A stretch of 64,000 nt of DNA from Thalia democratica. Taxonomy: Eukaryota. Below the pieces are notes generated by a model. The model did no database searches. It was not told where the DNA came from and worked only from the letters and a program-made list of their open reading frames with translations. How positions within the stretch are numbered: the first letter of the stretch is position 1; every line of letters begins with the position of its first letter. The position numbers and the translations under genes are program-made. The stretch is taken from assembly GCA_965202585.1 (NCBI GenBank), contig OZ241832.1, positions 38,936,001-39,000,000 on the forward strand, given 5' to 3'. Below, in pieces: positions 24,385 through 39,300 of the stretch.

Positions 24385-27300
24385 TTAAGACGAAGACAAC
24401 AGCAGTGCAACTCCACCGAGCACCCATTTGACCGGCTTTTCTTTTGATTTCAAGTTAAACGTCCACACATAGTTAGGACCGCGGTCCCTTGTTTTGTACA
24501 CGGGACATTCATAAATGTTTTTGGTGTCTTGCCGGTCCACGGTTATGGCCCTGATATACAAAAGTGGCATAGCCGGTAGCATTTCTTTAGCGCGCGATTC
24601 CTGGATACTTCCAGTTAATGTATCCCATCGTGCACCTATTAAAAGTTAAAATTGATTATTTGTTACATTTTAATAATGTGTGTTAAATAATGTCTTGATA
24701 TAAAAAAATCAAATTTAAAAAAATAATACTGAAACATCTAATTTTTATGTATTATCTTTAAATAAAATAGCTTTAAACTTGTTTATGGTTCATATATGGT
24801 TACTTTATATATATAAAACATAGTTTTTGTAATTCATCGATAATATTTAATGATAAAATAAAAAAATTAAGAAAACAAAAACTAATCATGTTACAACAAT
24901 TGATTAAAGTAATTTAAGTATTTGTAGCAGCATTTTATTTTTTTATGAAAAGTTATTGTAAAACCAATATATTTACAACGTTTTTTGTATATGGTTAAAA
25001 GTACATAAAGTTCGCAAAGATTAAATAAAAGATGTTTCTTTTTATGTTTAATTTATCTTTACTAGAATTTTATTTATTATTTACATTATTCTTTTTTTTT
25101 AACCTATTCAAAGTAGATTAAAGCCATAGTGTTTTATTTTTACTAAAACTAACATGAGTTCTAAAATAAAATAAAAATCGCATAAACTTAAAGTCATTTT
25201 TTGTAGCACTTAAAAATTTTACTGAATTTTTCAGATATTGTAAGGTATAGTAAAAAGTAGTGATCTACCGAATCCAAAAGTTTTGGATTCCTCTGGATCT
25301 GAATATTATTTTCAAATTAGGATTTGGCAGAATCCGGATGTATTTTTGAGGAAAACGAAAGTCGATATCGTGGATCAACAGCTGTTGTAACTAGTAGTCA
25401 TTCATGTTTAAGTTGTTGTTATTAGTATAGAATGGCAATGTACGGCCCGCGGAGGTAAAATGACCGGCATCCGACCGTTTTTTGAATTACAATGGAATCC
25501 GGCCCGCAGATGAAAATGACGTGTCCGCGATAAAAGTGTCCGGCCCGAAAAATTCGATATTACAAAATTTTATAAAACTTTCTATCATCTTTTTATAAAA
25601 CAAAATTAAGATTTTAACATAATAACATGTTTAAATGGTTTTTCAAATTAATGTCTACTGATGAAAAACATTTTGTGTTGTTCTAACTTAGTTGGAATAT
25701 TTCACATACCAAACTTTGTCAAGTACCATGTCAATTCTACTTGTAGACATTACATAAGCATCTGACATGTCTCAATCTACATCTTAAGGTGTCACGTTTG
25801 AAAATTTTTAGTGAATTACAATCAGAAAATGATTCAGAAAAGTGATCAACCGTATCTATAAAATTAGGTTCTGGCAAAATCCAAAAATTTTATTTAAGTT
25901 ATGATCCGGCCGGATCCGGATTTAAAAAGGTATTATCCAGATACTGAAACTGGTAAATCACTAGTTCAAATGCTCCGGCCTGCCAAAGACAAACATTTTT
26001 CGGATCCAGCCCGATTAAAAACGTTGCCCACCCCTAGTATAGAACCTTCTTTCGTAATCTTCTGCTATATTTTTGGCCAAAGTTTTACAAACTTTTGATA
26101 GTTTTTTGAAATTTTCATTAGTGTTAACAAACTTCGTCAGTGATCTTGCATGCAGGATCACGCTTGAGAGCAATGTATTGCTTTTACTACACTCCTTTAT
26201 TACAAAAAAAAATTCGAGCAGTAGTTAAGTGTGATTAACCAGTTGCCATTCTAAAGCTGTAATAATCGAATCTTGATCGTTTTTATAATTAACCACATAG
26301 TACTGGACACCTGATTTTAGCTTTTCAATCTCTCTAGCATAAGATATGTTGAGTTCTACCTTTTATCCACATCTTGAACAAAATGCAAGGCTTTTTGTTT
26401 TGGTTATGCTTTTTTAATGTTTCTTGCATTTTCTCGCGAAAAAATATGAACACGATCCAAGGTAATATTCAATTACTAAGCATATCTTGAATGTAATTAC
26501 AAACGTTTTAGCCAGTGTGCTCACCCTCCATTTCCCGGCAATGCCAAACACAATATTTGCACTCAAAATTTTTAATCAACCTATGCGTGGTTAAAAAATA
26601 TATGATTTAAAGATAAACAACAATTAAAGGTCTCCACTTGTTGCTAAAGAGAATGATCTAACTTCAAATATTTTAAGATTTCGTTTTCATAACAAACGTT
26701 CACTCCAAAAAATAGAACAATAAATAAAATGAAAATCTATCAAAAATTAATAAAGACTTTAATATTAAAAGATTTTATTTAGAACATTGTTTTGAAAATA
26801 AAATACTAAAATGTTTGAAGTTATAACATATATGTTATAACTTAAAATTATCAGTTAAGTATATAAAAAAAAATTAACGTAAAAGTATATAGCTAAAAGT
26901 ATGCAAGCATCTGCTTTAATGTTACATATTTAAGTTGGAATTTTTTTCTTTGTATAAGTTATTGACCTTTATATGTAAAATCTCAAAAAAAAAACAACCT
27001 TATTATAACTGAGATTTTTTATTTTAACTAACAGGCTTTCCAAAAAAGACACAATAACATGATATTTTTTTATAAATTAGGAAAAAAGTAAAATAAGATA
27101 TATAAGTCTTACATTCCTTGTCACAAGTCATTTATGACACAATTAAATAAATAATCAATAACATCTAAATGAAGACTGAAAACCATATTAACCAAACAAA
27201 AGATACTTTAAATAATTATATGGTCTTTGTAAACTAGACCTCCCTACTAAAAACTCCATAAAATATATATCATAAGTTTTCAAGATAAATTTAATAGAGA

Positions 27301-30300
27301 TGTTTAAGAAAATCGTGATAAGGCCTGAGCTATACAGATAAGATTTCACTGAACTGAGGAAAATCTTACTTAAACGAAATGAATTAAGTTACCTAGAAGT
27401 ATATTTATTTTTTATACTCTCGTAAGATAAAAGCCAAAACATTATTTGAACCGAAATAGGTTCACGAACAAACCTAAAAAAATAATATAATGAATAAGTA
27501 AGAGTGGTTATCTAAAAACCTGAGATTAAACGCCTTAACTATGTACTTAATTTTATAACAAAAAATATATAATAGTTTTTATACTGTGTGCAAAACTCTA
27601 AATCAAAGTTGAAAAGGCTTTTATAAGTGTGAAAAAGCACTGTTTTATCAACTCAAGCGTTAAATCATTAACAAGTTTTAGATTTCGTTTTTTTTTATAT
27701 AATATTTTGATATAGTTTAGTATAACTTTTGACAAACAAAAGAGTAAAATTCAAAAAGTTTAAAATGGTCTACCGGATCCAAAATTTCGGATTTGGCCGA
27801 ATCCGAATCTTATTTTTAAATTAGGATTCGGTCGAGTCCGAGTCTTATTTTGAAATTTAGGATTCGGCCGGATCCGAATCTCATTTTGAAATTAAGACTC
27901 GGCCGAGTCCGAATCTTGGATTCGGTAGATCACTAGTAAAAAGTTTTCGTTAAAATCGTATAAACCACAATTTTCAATTTTCTTAGAAATTTAAAACTTA
28001 GCAAAACATTTATCTATGTTTTTTTGGTAAAAGATTTGAATTAATATTATTGAAAATTTTCGTGTTGGGTTTAAAAAAAAACCAAAACTCCCACACTTTT
28101 TTCCAGATTACAAAAAGTGCTTTTTCTATAAGTTATAAAAAGAACAGCGTGTTATTTAATTAATTATCATTTACGAACAAATTGAACTAATAATGTTTCG
28201 ATTTTATGTTTGCACTTCTCTCATGGAACCTGTTTAATTCACTAATCTTTATTCTTAATATTTCAAAAACTTTTTAGATTTTTTAAGCTGTAAAAAGTAA
28301 CAAGTTGGGTAGCTAAGTTTAAAATCTACAAAATAAGATCAGATAACAAGATGGAGTATATTTGAAAAATAAACTACTCTTAGTCTTTTCAATTGGTTTT
28401 AGTTGTAATTATTTGGAAGCTTTGTAAGTTTATCAAAATATTTACGAAATTAGATACGAAAACAAAAACAGGTAATATAAGATTAGCAAATAACGTTTCT
28501 ACTTGCAATGAAAATTATATACTTACTTTTTTTTTTAGAAATCATTGTACAGGAAATAATAAAAAACTTATCCATCATATAAAAGTTATTAACCTTCAAT
28601 AAATAGTCCATGTATGTAAGAACCTTCTCTAGGAGGAACATTCATATCTTCCCTGTTCATTTTTTTAGTAGGGTCACAATTTAAACACATCTTGTCAAGC
28701 GGCCAATCGTTTTTCCTTGCCATAGATTGCATGATAGCAGTTAAGAATGACTGAGGATTGAACAAACCTCCCAACCAAACGCTAATTGGTAATGTAAATT
28801 CCATAGTCCAAGCTTCTAGTTCCTAAAATTAGTCATTTAATTATAACATTTTATTACGGTCGAATGTTAACTTAATAGTTTATTAATTTTCAAGCAAAAC
28901 CAAAAATAAATAAAACATATTTGTATACAAAATAATTGACTCACTCTGATTCTGTTAAGTAGATCAGCAAGCCATATTGACATTCCAGCAGTGGATGGAT
29001 AAGCCAGTTTTGTCCACCCTTCAGGAACTTTGTCGAAGAAAATTGCATCATCCAGATCTTCCATAGCTTGAGTCATTGTTAACTCTCCCTAGAATATATG
29101 AAATACTTATATTTGGAACTAATTGTGTTTAAAATTACACTTGAGTTCAAAATACCTTAAGTCCTAAACTAAGTTCCCTCAGACTTCTTTTCATTTCGTT
29201 GGTTAACAAGTTCATTCTCTCGCATTCTTGGAACACTACAACAACGTACGGATTTCTATCTTGCACATTTGCTAACATTTCTGCGATGTTAAACGAGTCC
29301 GGTAGTTTTTCTAAAGTTTCATCAATGAAAGATCTGATCTGAATTAATGAGTAGAATAAGCAAATTTCCTTAATAACAAAAACTAGTTTTTATTTAATTA
29401 AGAAAAACGAACTTTTTCTTCTCTCGTGACACCTTCACCGCCGCCACCTGATGAGTTTTTAGGTTCAAGTTCTAGGATGGTATTGAACAAATAATCAGCC
29501 ATGGTTGTCAGCACTCCTATTTCCGCATTTGCGTGAAGTCCGTAAAGCACTGGACTTTCTGGTGGTAACATTTCATCTATGTACTTGTGATATCCCTAAA
29601 ATTTTGTATCATAAATAGGCAATGTACAGTTTGTTGAGAACATTAGTTGGTTTAAAAAATACATATGGAACAATTTACCATCATTTTTTATAAGGCTTTG
29701 ATAAACAATTACTTAAATACATGTAAAATTAAGTTACTTAAAAACAAACTTTACGTTCTAAACAACTGTAATTTGTTGATATCAACGTCAAAAGTCAAGT
29801 AAAATACACGAAATTTAATATGTTATAAAATATAAGTTGTTTATAAAATCTGACTTTGTAATCGAGATTAGGGGGCACGGGATATCCAGGAGCAAGAAGC
29901 AGTTCGCTGTCAATTTGGTCGGGATGCATGTAAACCTGCATGTACGATTTACACAACCTTCTGTCCCAATCGTCTGTTATGTGTCCTCCGTACATTATTT
30001 CACAAAACAAGTATCTTAAATCGTCCCAAGGAATCTAAAAAAATCATACCTAAAAGAGTTGTGAGTAACAGAAAAGAAAATATTTCATTGAAAACGTTAA
30101 AAAAAAGCAGTATGTATTATTAATTAAAACAAGTTAGTAGTTTTTCTGTAAAACAAATATTTAATTCCAACAATGATTAAGAAAACTTTATACTATTAAG
30201 AAAATCACACTAAGTTTTTGTAAAAAGTTACAGCTGAAACATTTTAAAGTAAGTTCTTTAAATAAGACAAGAATTAAAAATTTTGAAAACTGTACTAAGA

Positions 30301-33300
30301 TTTTATTATAAAACTATAAAATAACTATAAGTTTATAGGCTAGTTCAGTTTTAAGATGCATACTTAAAAAAATTTTAGTATCTTTTATAGCAGTTACTAG
30401 TTATAAACAAAACTAATTGAAACTGTAAACACTGATAAAAAAAATATAATTTTTTTTTATAAATATTATAACTAATAAAGAAAAAACAATTATACGACAA
30501 ATAAGTGAATAAAGTTTATATTAGAATACAAGGTGTATAAAAATCTAGTTTACGGATTTCATTTTTATAAATGTTAGAAAAGATTTTCAGTCTGTATATT
30601 TAACATATTATTATAAAGTCAAAAATTTAAATAAATAGGTACAGCTTAACCGGTTAGTCATTTTGGAACTAACATATTGTACCTTTCATTCTATTTAGAA
30701 ATATTGTAACTTAAATACCACAGTAAAACACATAATGTTATACGAAACTTTCTATTTTACGTAATTACATTTCATACAACAATTATTTTGCTAGCATGTT
30801 AGTTTTGCTTTAGTATTTATTAATAAGATATACAAATTTTAATCTAACTTATAAACCAAGCTTATCTATTAGAATTATATTTCTTTAAACAGATATTGAT
30901 CATTATATAGTGATAGATTTTAAAAACGTAACTAATGTCTTCGTAATTAGACCTTTGAGAAGTAATTAAAATCAAGGGGTTAAAATATGGTTTTAGTAAC
31001 GTTCTGTAGTCTTTTATAAAACTATATAGTAACTCAAAAGTTATACTTTGACTCTGAAATAAATTTAACTGTTATACATTTTTCAACATAAAAATATAAG
31101 TACAAAGTGCAAGTTATACTATAATGCAAAAACATACCTTCGAGCTGTTTTCAAGGTAGTTAAAGAGTACATCCTTGCACACAGTCAAGTCCCCGACATT
31201 AAACGGGTACACCCTATTCCATCCTTGCGGACCGAACTTCTTTCGTTGAAGCATGACTGCGTGAAAGTAGCACAACGACTGTAGAAGTGATCTGAACTCT
31301 ACTTCTCTTGTGCACATCTCCAACGTGTCCTATTTTAGATTAAAATCTTTTCTTATAACTGTTTTTTTTTAAACAAGTTATGTTTATTTGATAAATAAAA
31401 ATAAATTTAGATTAAAAAAAACAGATACTTCCCTGAATCTACTATGTACTTTTAAACCCTAACAATATTTATGACTCGCAACAGCAAAATTATGATTCGA
31501 TTACTAGAATTCAAAAAGTAATATAACTTTGGAGACGTACCACAATAATATTTTAGAACTAATTAATCTCAATATAATATATTAATGAAACTCTGTATAA
31601 AATCTCTATTTACTTGATTAAAGTTATCAAGCGCTTTATGTAAGTTGGCAAGCATTCCGGTTGGCGGCTCGTTGGTAATTTTAATAGAAGCTTGCAGGAT
31701 GCTCTGTGGTAAAATGTGATATTCTCGCGACATTGCAGGCTCAGCAGATATGTAAAGTCGGTAATTCTGGTGAGTACGACGATTTGTAGAAATTTGCTCC
31801 ACTTTCTTTTCTAGCGCTTGCAACCATTTTGAAACCAAGTGTACGTTCTACAGAAACACAAAACTTATAAGTCATTATTTATCTAGTTTTAAAACTCTAT
31901 TTTAATGAAACCAATAGAATGTATCTCCTAACTTGTAATATAACCCAATGCCCTCTGCGAGCTGCAATATCCATCGCCTGTTCGGCCACTACTTCTTGAC
32001 CTTGACCAAGTGATACATTGTGAAAGTTCCTGATGTTTGAAATTTACATTATATAAGAGGTTATACACATTAGTGCAGTATAAAATTAACTTACTTCTTG
32101 TCAAAGGTGAACCCAAGCTTTTTACCGTGAGCTTCAACATCTTTTAAAGGATCCACACCAGGAGAAAGTACAAAGAACATTGGCGTGGATGGACCCGATT
32201 CTTCCCAAGATGTTGCAAAGTCAATTGTCCTGTTCTCAGTATATCGAGTACCAAGGGCTTCTTCAACGAATAAACTATGAAATAAAACTGATTCAACTTA
32301 TTAGCCTCAAGTGTTACGATATTAGTAAAATATTTTATTATAATAAATAGCCTAATTTGAAAAATAAGAATAAAAATATTAGAAAAACTTTTTGGAAGAC
32401 AAATTACTTCAAAAATCATATAACTTAAATGTTTCTTAATCTGAGATATACATAATGATAGTGAGAAATCAAGGAAGAAAAAATATAAGAACAAACAAAA
32501 AATAATAATTTATAGTATCTAAGTACACTACATACACCTTTTGAATTAAAGTGACCTTAAACTTTACATTTTTTATAAACTCTTAAACCGTAAATCATCA
32601 TTAAATCCTACTATAACTTGGTTTTTATGTAATAGTAAATATTGTTAATATATTATTAGTGCATCATTACTTTTAATGCAATTTTTACAAAACTCTTCAT
32701 GAAGCTTGTCGTTAAAGCAATAGTATTTTACAAAAAGAGTGAGTAAAAAGTACTTTTTTACTTAAACATTTCAGAAATCTCATGATAGCTCAAACTTACG
32801 AGACTGCATAAGTCATTCTATCAGGTCTTAGAGCTCTCATAATCAAAAGCTTCTGTACTGCAGATTTGTTTTTCCACTCCTGCGGAAACTTTTCTTTTTC
32901 AGGTAAATCGCTATCTGAAAACTTTTTCCAGCGCTTTGCACCGCTTTCAATGTCTTTGTCCAGACCCTTAAATTCCTCCATCTCTGACAAAGTCTGAAAC
33001 AAGCAATAACAGTTGAATGATCGACTGAGAGCTATATTACTGGCAACAATAAAACAATAACAAAAAAAGGTGTAAGGTAGAAGAATAACTACTTTCAGTT
33101 ACAGTTTAAAAACACGATTTACCTTTACAGCTCCCCAGCACCAATCACTAAAGAAAGATATAGGGCTAGTACCTTCGATTTTAACCGGGAAAACAAGGAG
33201 ATGTTTAAGTTGGATGGGATCTATTTCTTTTGACTCAATGCATATCTGAACAAAAACAAATTAAATCAGTTTAGTCGTATTTTTTTATTTTAATAAAACA

Positions 33301-36300
33301 CTGCTTTAGTACTTCATATACCTCAAAGGCAACTTTTGAAGTGTAAGTTAGTTTATCACATTCAAACAAAGCACGGTTGGTGTATTGATACACACACCAT
33401 GTAGTCATTTCAATCAGATTTGATACTCTCTCCTTCAAATCTTCAGTCTCTTCTGCTCTTGACATCGCCATTTCAAACACCACATTAAATGCCTGATAAA
33501 AAAATACATGGTAATGTTTTAGGATACTAAAAAAATACACAAACTATGATGCTGTTGTTAAGAAAGCATAACATAATCTTGTATATAAAACTTTCAAAAG
33601 TAAAATTATTTTTGAAAAAAAAAGCTTTTCAATAAGGTATATATAGTTTATTGAACGACAAAAAATACGCTCAAAATATTTGGTCCTAGGACCTGGTGCA
33701 CGAAAAAACCTTTCGGTTATCGAGTCGAACATCCCGGATACCTTTTAACGTCTTGTCCAGGTAAGATACTAAGTTTAAATTAAAATTAAAGAAAGCAACA
33801 CAATTAAGAAAAAATAGTTTTATAATGTTTAAATTTAAATACACCTTAAATATGGCTTTAGCTAAAAACAAAGATAATACAGTGTAACTATGTAACCTTA
33901 AAAGTTTAACTTAAAAATAAATGGTAACTAAAGATAATTTATTAATTTTAGTAAAGAACATACACTATATTATTTAAAAGTTTAAAATGCTTATCGTGTT
34001 TTTTACTTTTTTTTGCTTATTAAAAAGTTTAAACTTGATAGAAAAATATTTGACTCTAACAAATAACTCAAATCTTTAAACAATCATTAACTCATACTAC
34101 TCAAACAGCTAAAACTTTAAATAGAAAAACTAAACTTAAACTTTCTTTTAAATAAAAGTAATAAATAGATTCCAAGCTGAAATTTTTTTACTAAAATGAG
34201 TAAGAGAAAATAAAAAATAAGTTATGATGAGCTTTTAATTACAAAATAAAACATACCTTCAAAGAAAACTGATACATAGGATTAATAGCATTCAGCTGGT
34301 TTAAAATAAAGTACAGTATCGCAGCTCGTACAGCAACGGGTCTGTATGACTCAAACGCTTTGTTCAATTCTATTTCAGTGTCTTTTGACTCTGCTACTTG
34401 AACTTCAATTTCCTTAGCTGTGTTTAATTTTTAGTTTTTTAATAAAACTATCTAGTTTCTCTTTACTCATGCAAAATATTTCAAATTTTATGTTTGTTAT
34501 AAAAACTTTACTGTTAGCCCTGAAAATTACTCACAAAATTTGATGTTGTTTAAGAACTTTACATTTTTAGTTTTTTAAAAAGTTGTAAAACTTGTACGTT
34601 AAAATTGAATAAAAAATAATTTTAAAACTTATCGAGTGAAAACAGTCAAAAGGAAGGACAATTAGAACTACATACTAGTTTTTTAGTAAAACATATTTTT
34701 AACACGTTAATTTATTGTTTTTTTTTTTACAAAAAAATAATAAAAAATACAACTTTGGTTATAAAAGATAAATTTTTAAAGATAAACTTTAAAACTTGCT
34801 AATAAACAATCTTGGTAGTAATTTTGAAACTACGGAAAGTAACCAGTTTGTTTGGTTGTTTCTAAATTTTCAACAAGAGCTGTGTCGCCAAGGAAGTTTC
34901 CAGATGCATTAGAAAGACGAGACAAAAGTGAGTCTTCTAGATTTTTCAATGTTACTGTGAACTCGTTTTGTTGTTTTGTCAGGAAAGTCTAAACAAATAC
35001 GCTTTTATTTGTTTACACACTTAGATATACACAAAAAATATATAAATAAAAACAACAGTTTGCATAGTACTCAGTTAAGAATTGTTAACTCTTGAAGATT
35101 TGTATTTATATATATAAACAAACATAAATGTAAAACATATATAAAACATTTTACCTTCATTTGCTCAAGATCAGGTCGTTCACGCTTGACTACATTCACA
35201 AGTAGTTGATCCTCCAAACCATCCTTAGTAACTGTGAAATTGATCAATGTACACTGAGCTTGCATTTCAGGCTGAAATAGTTGTTTAGAATTTAAATAGA
35301 TATTTTTAAAATGATAGCTTTTAACACATATTATATATAAAACAATTACTTGATAATGCGGATTAGCTAGGTTAGTTTGCAAAATAAGTTTGAACTTAGG
35401 ATTGTACGGGCACTCTTTGTCACCTATCTTTATGTACCTGAAAAAATTCACTATTAAAAAATACGCTAGAAAATATTAGTGTTATAAAAGAAATTAAAAA
35501 TAAGCAATGCGTTTAGCTGCATTATTAACAAGTACAAAAAATAAAATTTTAAGTTATTAAGTTGTATGAGTAAAAAACTAAAATTTTAGTTTTTTGTTAA
35601 AAACTTTCCTAAATTAAGTTTTGTTCAAAATTTTTGAAAGGAAAATTAAATATACTAGTTTGAAAAATATTTTACAGTACTCAAAGTCAACACAAAGTAT
35701 GTAAAGTAAATTAGTATATACATGCGGAAACAAATTGATTAACACTAAATGTTCTTAGCATATATAAAATTACTTACCTTCCTTTTTTAATAGTCTCTCT
35801 ACTCAAAACTGGAGCAAGTACAGGGTCAATATTTTCAAAAATGTTTTCTATTATAACGGTATCTCCTGCACCTACTGACTTTTCTATAACATCTAGGTAC
35901 CTAGAAATGAAATAAGTTTTTTTTTTTCTTAAATTTCTATAAAAAATCTAAAGAATTATTTACCAACCCCTTTCTGTCAAGACGCACCACCTTGAGATTT
36001 TTCTTGTAACGGTTTTTAAGCCAATTGATTCCTTGTAGCTGAGGATCAACAATCAATGGCCAACGAGTACAGTTTGTCAGTATGGTTGCATTTTCAAGCG
36101 ACATAAGGTCAGAAGGCAGACCTTGGTTGTTCCAAGATGCTAAGTCGGCAGCGTCGTTTAAGACAGTCATTGGTTCTACGTTTTCAGTTATAGGAATAGA
36201 AACCTAAATTTATTTTTTGTTGAAACAGTTTTATTAAAAGTGAGATATTGAAGTTTTATTTTTAGTTTTTACCTGCTGCTGCTTTAAAAATGGCATCCAA

Positions 36301-39300
36301 AGATTGTTTAAAAAGTCATTTCTGTAAGCTTTGGAAAAGTATCCGACATACGAAATGAACACTGTGACAATCAAAATATCACCGGGTAATCTGAGAATCT
36401 GCTGTCGGAAGCCATTGGCAGACTTTTTCCAACGGACGTTTTCCGAGGCCAAGCCTCCCACCAAGCGGTTAGCAAGACTTATCACCATTTCAGTATGTTC
36501 CGCTTCTTGTTGGCACCTCAACTTAGCGTCTGTCGCTTCTTCAAATCTATGAGTCAACTCAGCTAAGTTGTTGTCAAGTTCCTATAAAAAGCGTTGTAAA
36601 GTCTGAACGAATAAAAATCCTTGATTTTAATAAAATTAATAAAAATAATTATGTACGTTAATAAACTAAAATAACAAACCTCCTTCAAAATAAGAGTCAA
36701 ATAATTTTATTACAATTTTCGAAGTATTTTGTTTAAGTTGATGGCTTTATAAAGACTTATTATCTCAATTTCATATTTATATTTAAAAAAAATATTGTAA
36801 GACTTATCTTATGGTACTTGTGTTTAATTAATACTTTAGTATTATTTGATTAAAATAGTTAGTAGATTATTTACCTTGAGTTTTGCATTAATATTGGTTA
36901 ATTTATCCTTAGCAACTTTTAGTTCTTGATTAGCCTTGTCAAGAGCAACTCTTTTTGGTTGAACCACGCAGAAAATCTCATAAAACTTCACAATGTTGAT
37001 GACCCAAGAGCACAACCCGGCTGCAGCAGATGACTTAAAAATGTTTGATAATATTTTTTTTGGTAAAATAAACTTATTTTAAACATTAGCTTAATAGATA
37101 ACGTAAATAAAGATTTGAATCATTTGAAAACAGTAGCTTTGGAAACTATAATTTGATATTTACTATGCGTTTTTTGAAAACCAACTTTTGCTCTTATAAA
37201 ATCAGGGTTGAACTCTGGGTTGCTAAGGTATGGTTTTATTTCCTTCATAGCTTTCGGGTCAATGTTTTCTTTGTCGTAAGTCACTAAGGATTCCAAAAAG
37301 TGGTCCACCTGAAATATTTCAGCTTATCTTATATTCTTATAAACTTATCTTAAGTTTATTACAAATATAAAAACTTAAACTTTACTGCAAATGATGTTTT
37401 GTATAAAATTTTGATAACAAATTGTTATAGATATTAAATTAAAAGAAAGTTGCTATATAAATTTAGTATGACATTTAAAAAAAATTTCACAATGTTTTGA
37501 AATACGTTTCTTAAATTTTCCAAAGGTACTTTAATGTTAAACTTTTTGAAACGAACTGGAAAACAATTAATATTTTACCTTTCCCATCATAACTTTACAA
37601 GCTTTCCAAGATCGGTCTTTTGGGACATTCTTACCAGACAAGAGCACCATGACAGCACCAGACACAGCTACAACAGCTTGTGGTGGAGATCCAAAAGATT
37701 TCAACTCAGTCAAATTATTCTGTACGTTTATGAATTAAGTTACTTTAAAACAAAACCTTATTCACATCTTTGTTGCTTAATTTATCGCATATTTAATGGC
37801 AATTTATTACTATAGTCATCTTAGACAACTAAGTCTACTTTGTCCATATATCCCTAATTTATTTTTAGAAATACTTATTTGTAAGACTTTCATCAGTCAG
37901 AAGCAAAAAAAAAACAACTTAGACAACTTTAAAAAGCAATACAGAAACCTTGTTAAGCGTGTTGAGGGCTTCAGCAGCAGCAGCAAGGGCAGGCTCGGCA
38001 GCAGCAAGATCTTTTTCACATTCAGCCTGCTTCAGCCCAACCTCCTTCGCAATAACGCTGACTTTCTGCTCTTCAAGATCAGCAACCTCTTTCTCTTTGC
38101 TTACCTTGATGTTTTTTAAAATTTCAATTAAAGAAGTTCAATACAACTAAAAAATTTTGGGTGTCAATAATTTAAAAACTTTTTGTAGATTTTTCTTAAA
38201 TTTTTGATCACTAACTTATCTTTTACAGTCTTTTAATTTCTACAACGACTTGAAGTTAAACAAATATTTTAACGCAATGAAAATATTAACATATTTTTTA
38301 ATACAGAGTTTTGCAATTAAAATTTTCTATATTAAAACTTCATAGAAAATTGACACAATTCAGACTTTTTTTAAACAATTCCTACAATATAATTTTAATT
38401 ATTTATCAACCTTTATTAACCTATTTGAAACTTTAAAATAAATAGATATACTATAGTTTTACAGCTTTTAAATTGAAAATTCAGATTATTTCTTACTTTA
38501 GCTGTTTCGACACCAACAACTTGAATAAGTTTATTTGCTTCTTCATTTTTCTGCTTCAGCTCAATTTCTTGAACTTTAAGTTGTTCTTTCATTACATCTA
38601 CCTATAAAGCATTAGATAATGACAACTAAAACAAGCATTACAAAACTATAATGCATGGAAAAATATTTATAGTAATTGAAAATCAAAACACATTATCGTA
38701 CAACTAAGATTTAAAATACCATAACAAGTGAAAATACTTAAACTATATTTAATATTTATAACTATATTTTGTAGCGTTCAGAATTTTTTTACAACCAGTT
38801 TAAAGAATTATGTATTAACTTAAACGCAAAAAACCAAAAGACTTCTAAAAACTTATTAAATGCTAACAAAACACGTACATGACTAAAATTAATACTTGTT
38901 AACTATGTAAATCAGTTCAAATATTTAGGTTTTAAAGCTGTATTTAGGTTTTAACCTTTTCAGAAGTGTCTTTCAATTTCTTCAAACCATTTTCTAGACG
39001 AAGTGTTTTAGCTCTAAGCTCAGAGAATTTCAAGTTCATTAAACGCTTGTATAAAGCAATAGCTTCCAGAAAACTTTTTGGCGTGGTGTAGTTGTAACGT
39101 CTGAAAAAAAATAGTGTTAGACTTTTTTGGTAATAATAACTAAAAAAATTAAATTCAGTTCAAAAGTCTGTAATGAAAAATTATTTTGCTAACACATGTC
39201 AATAGTCATAATAAATCTTTATAATTTCAAAAATAATAAAAATACATTTTAGTAAAGTTTTTAACTAAGATAAGATCTAATGAAAGTAATTCAATAAAAC

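Noticed and set aside
25428-26253. TAGAATGGCAA inverted repeat as a TIR pair
   Set aside because: No TSD flanks it, and the right copy is the LEWQ codons of the transposase relic, so the match is coincidental.
33745-33770. U1 snRNA-like 5' end (CTTACCTGG on the minus strand)
   Set aside because: It is only the complement of a splice-donor consensus; the U1-70K loop, U1A loop and Sm site are absent.
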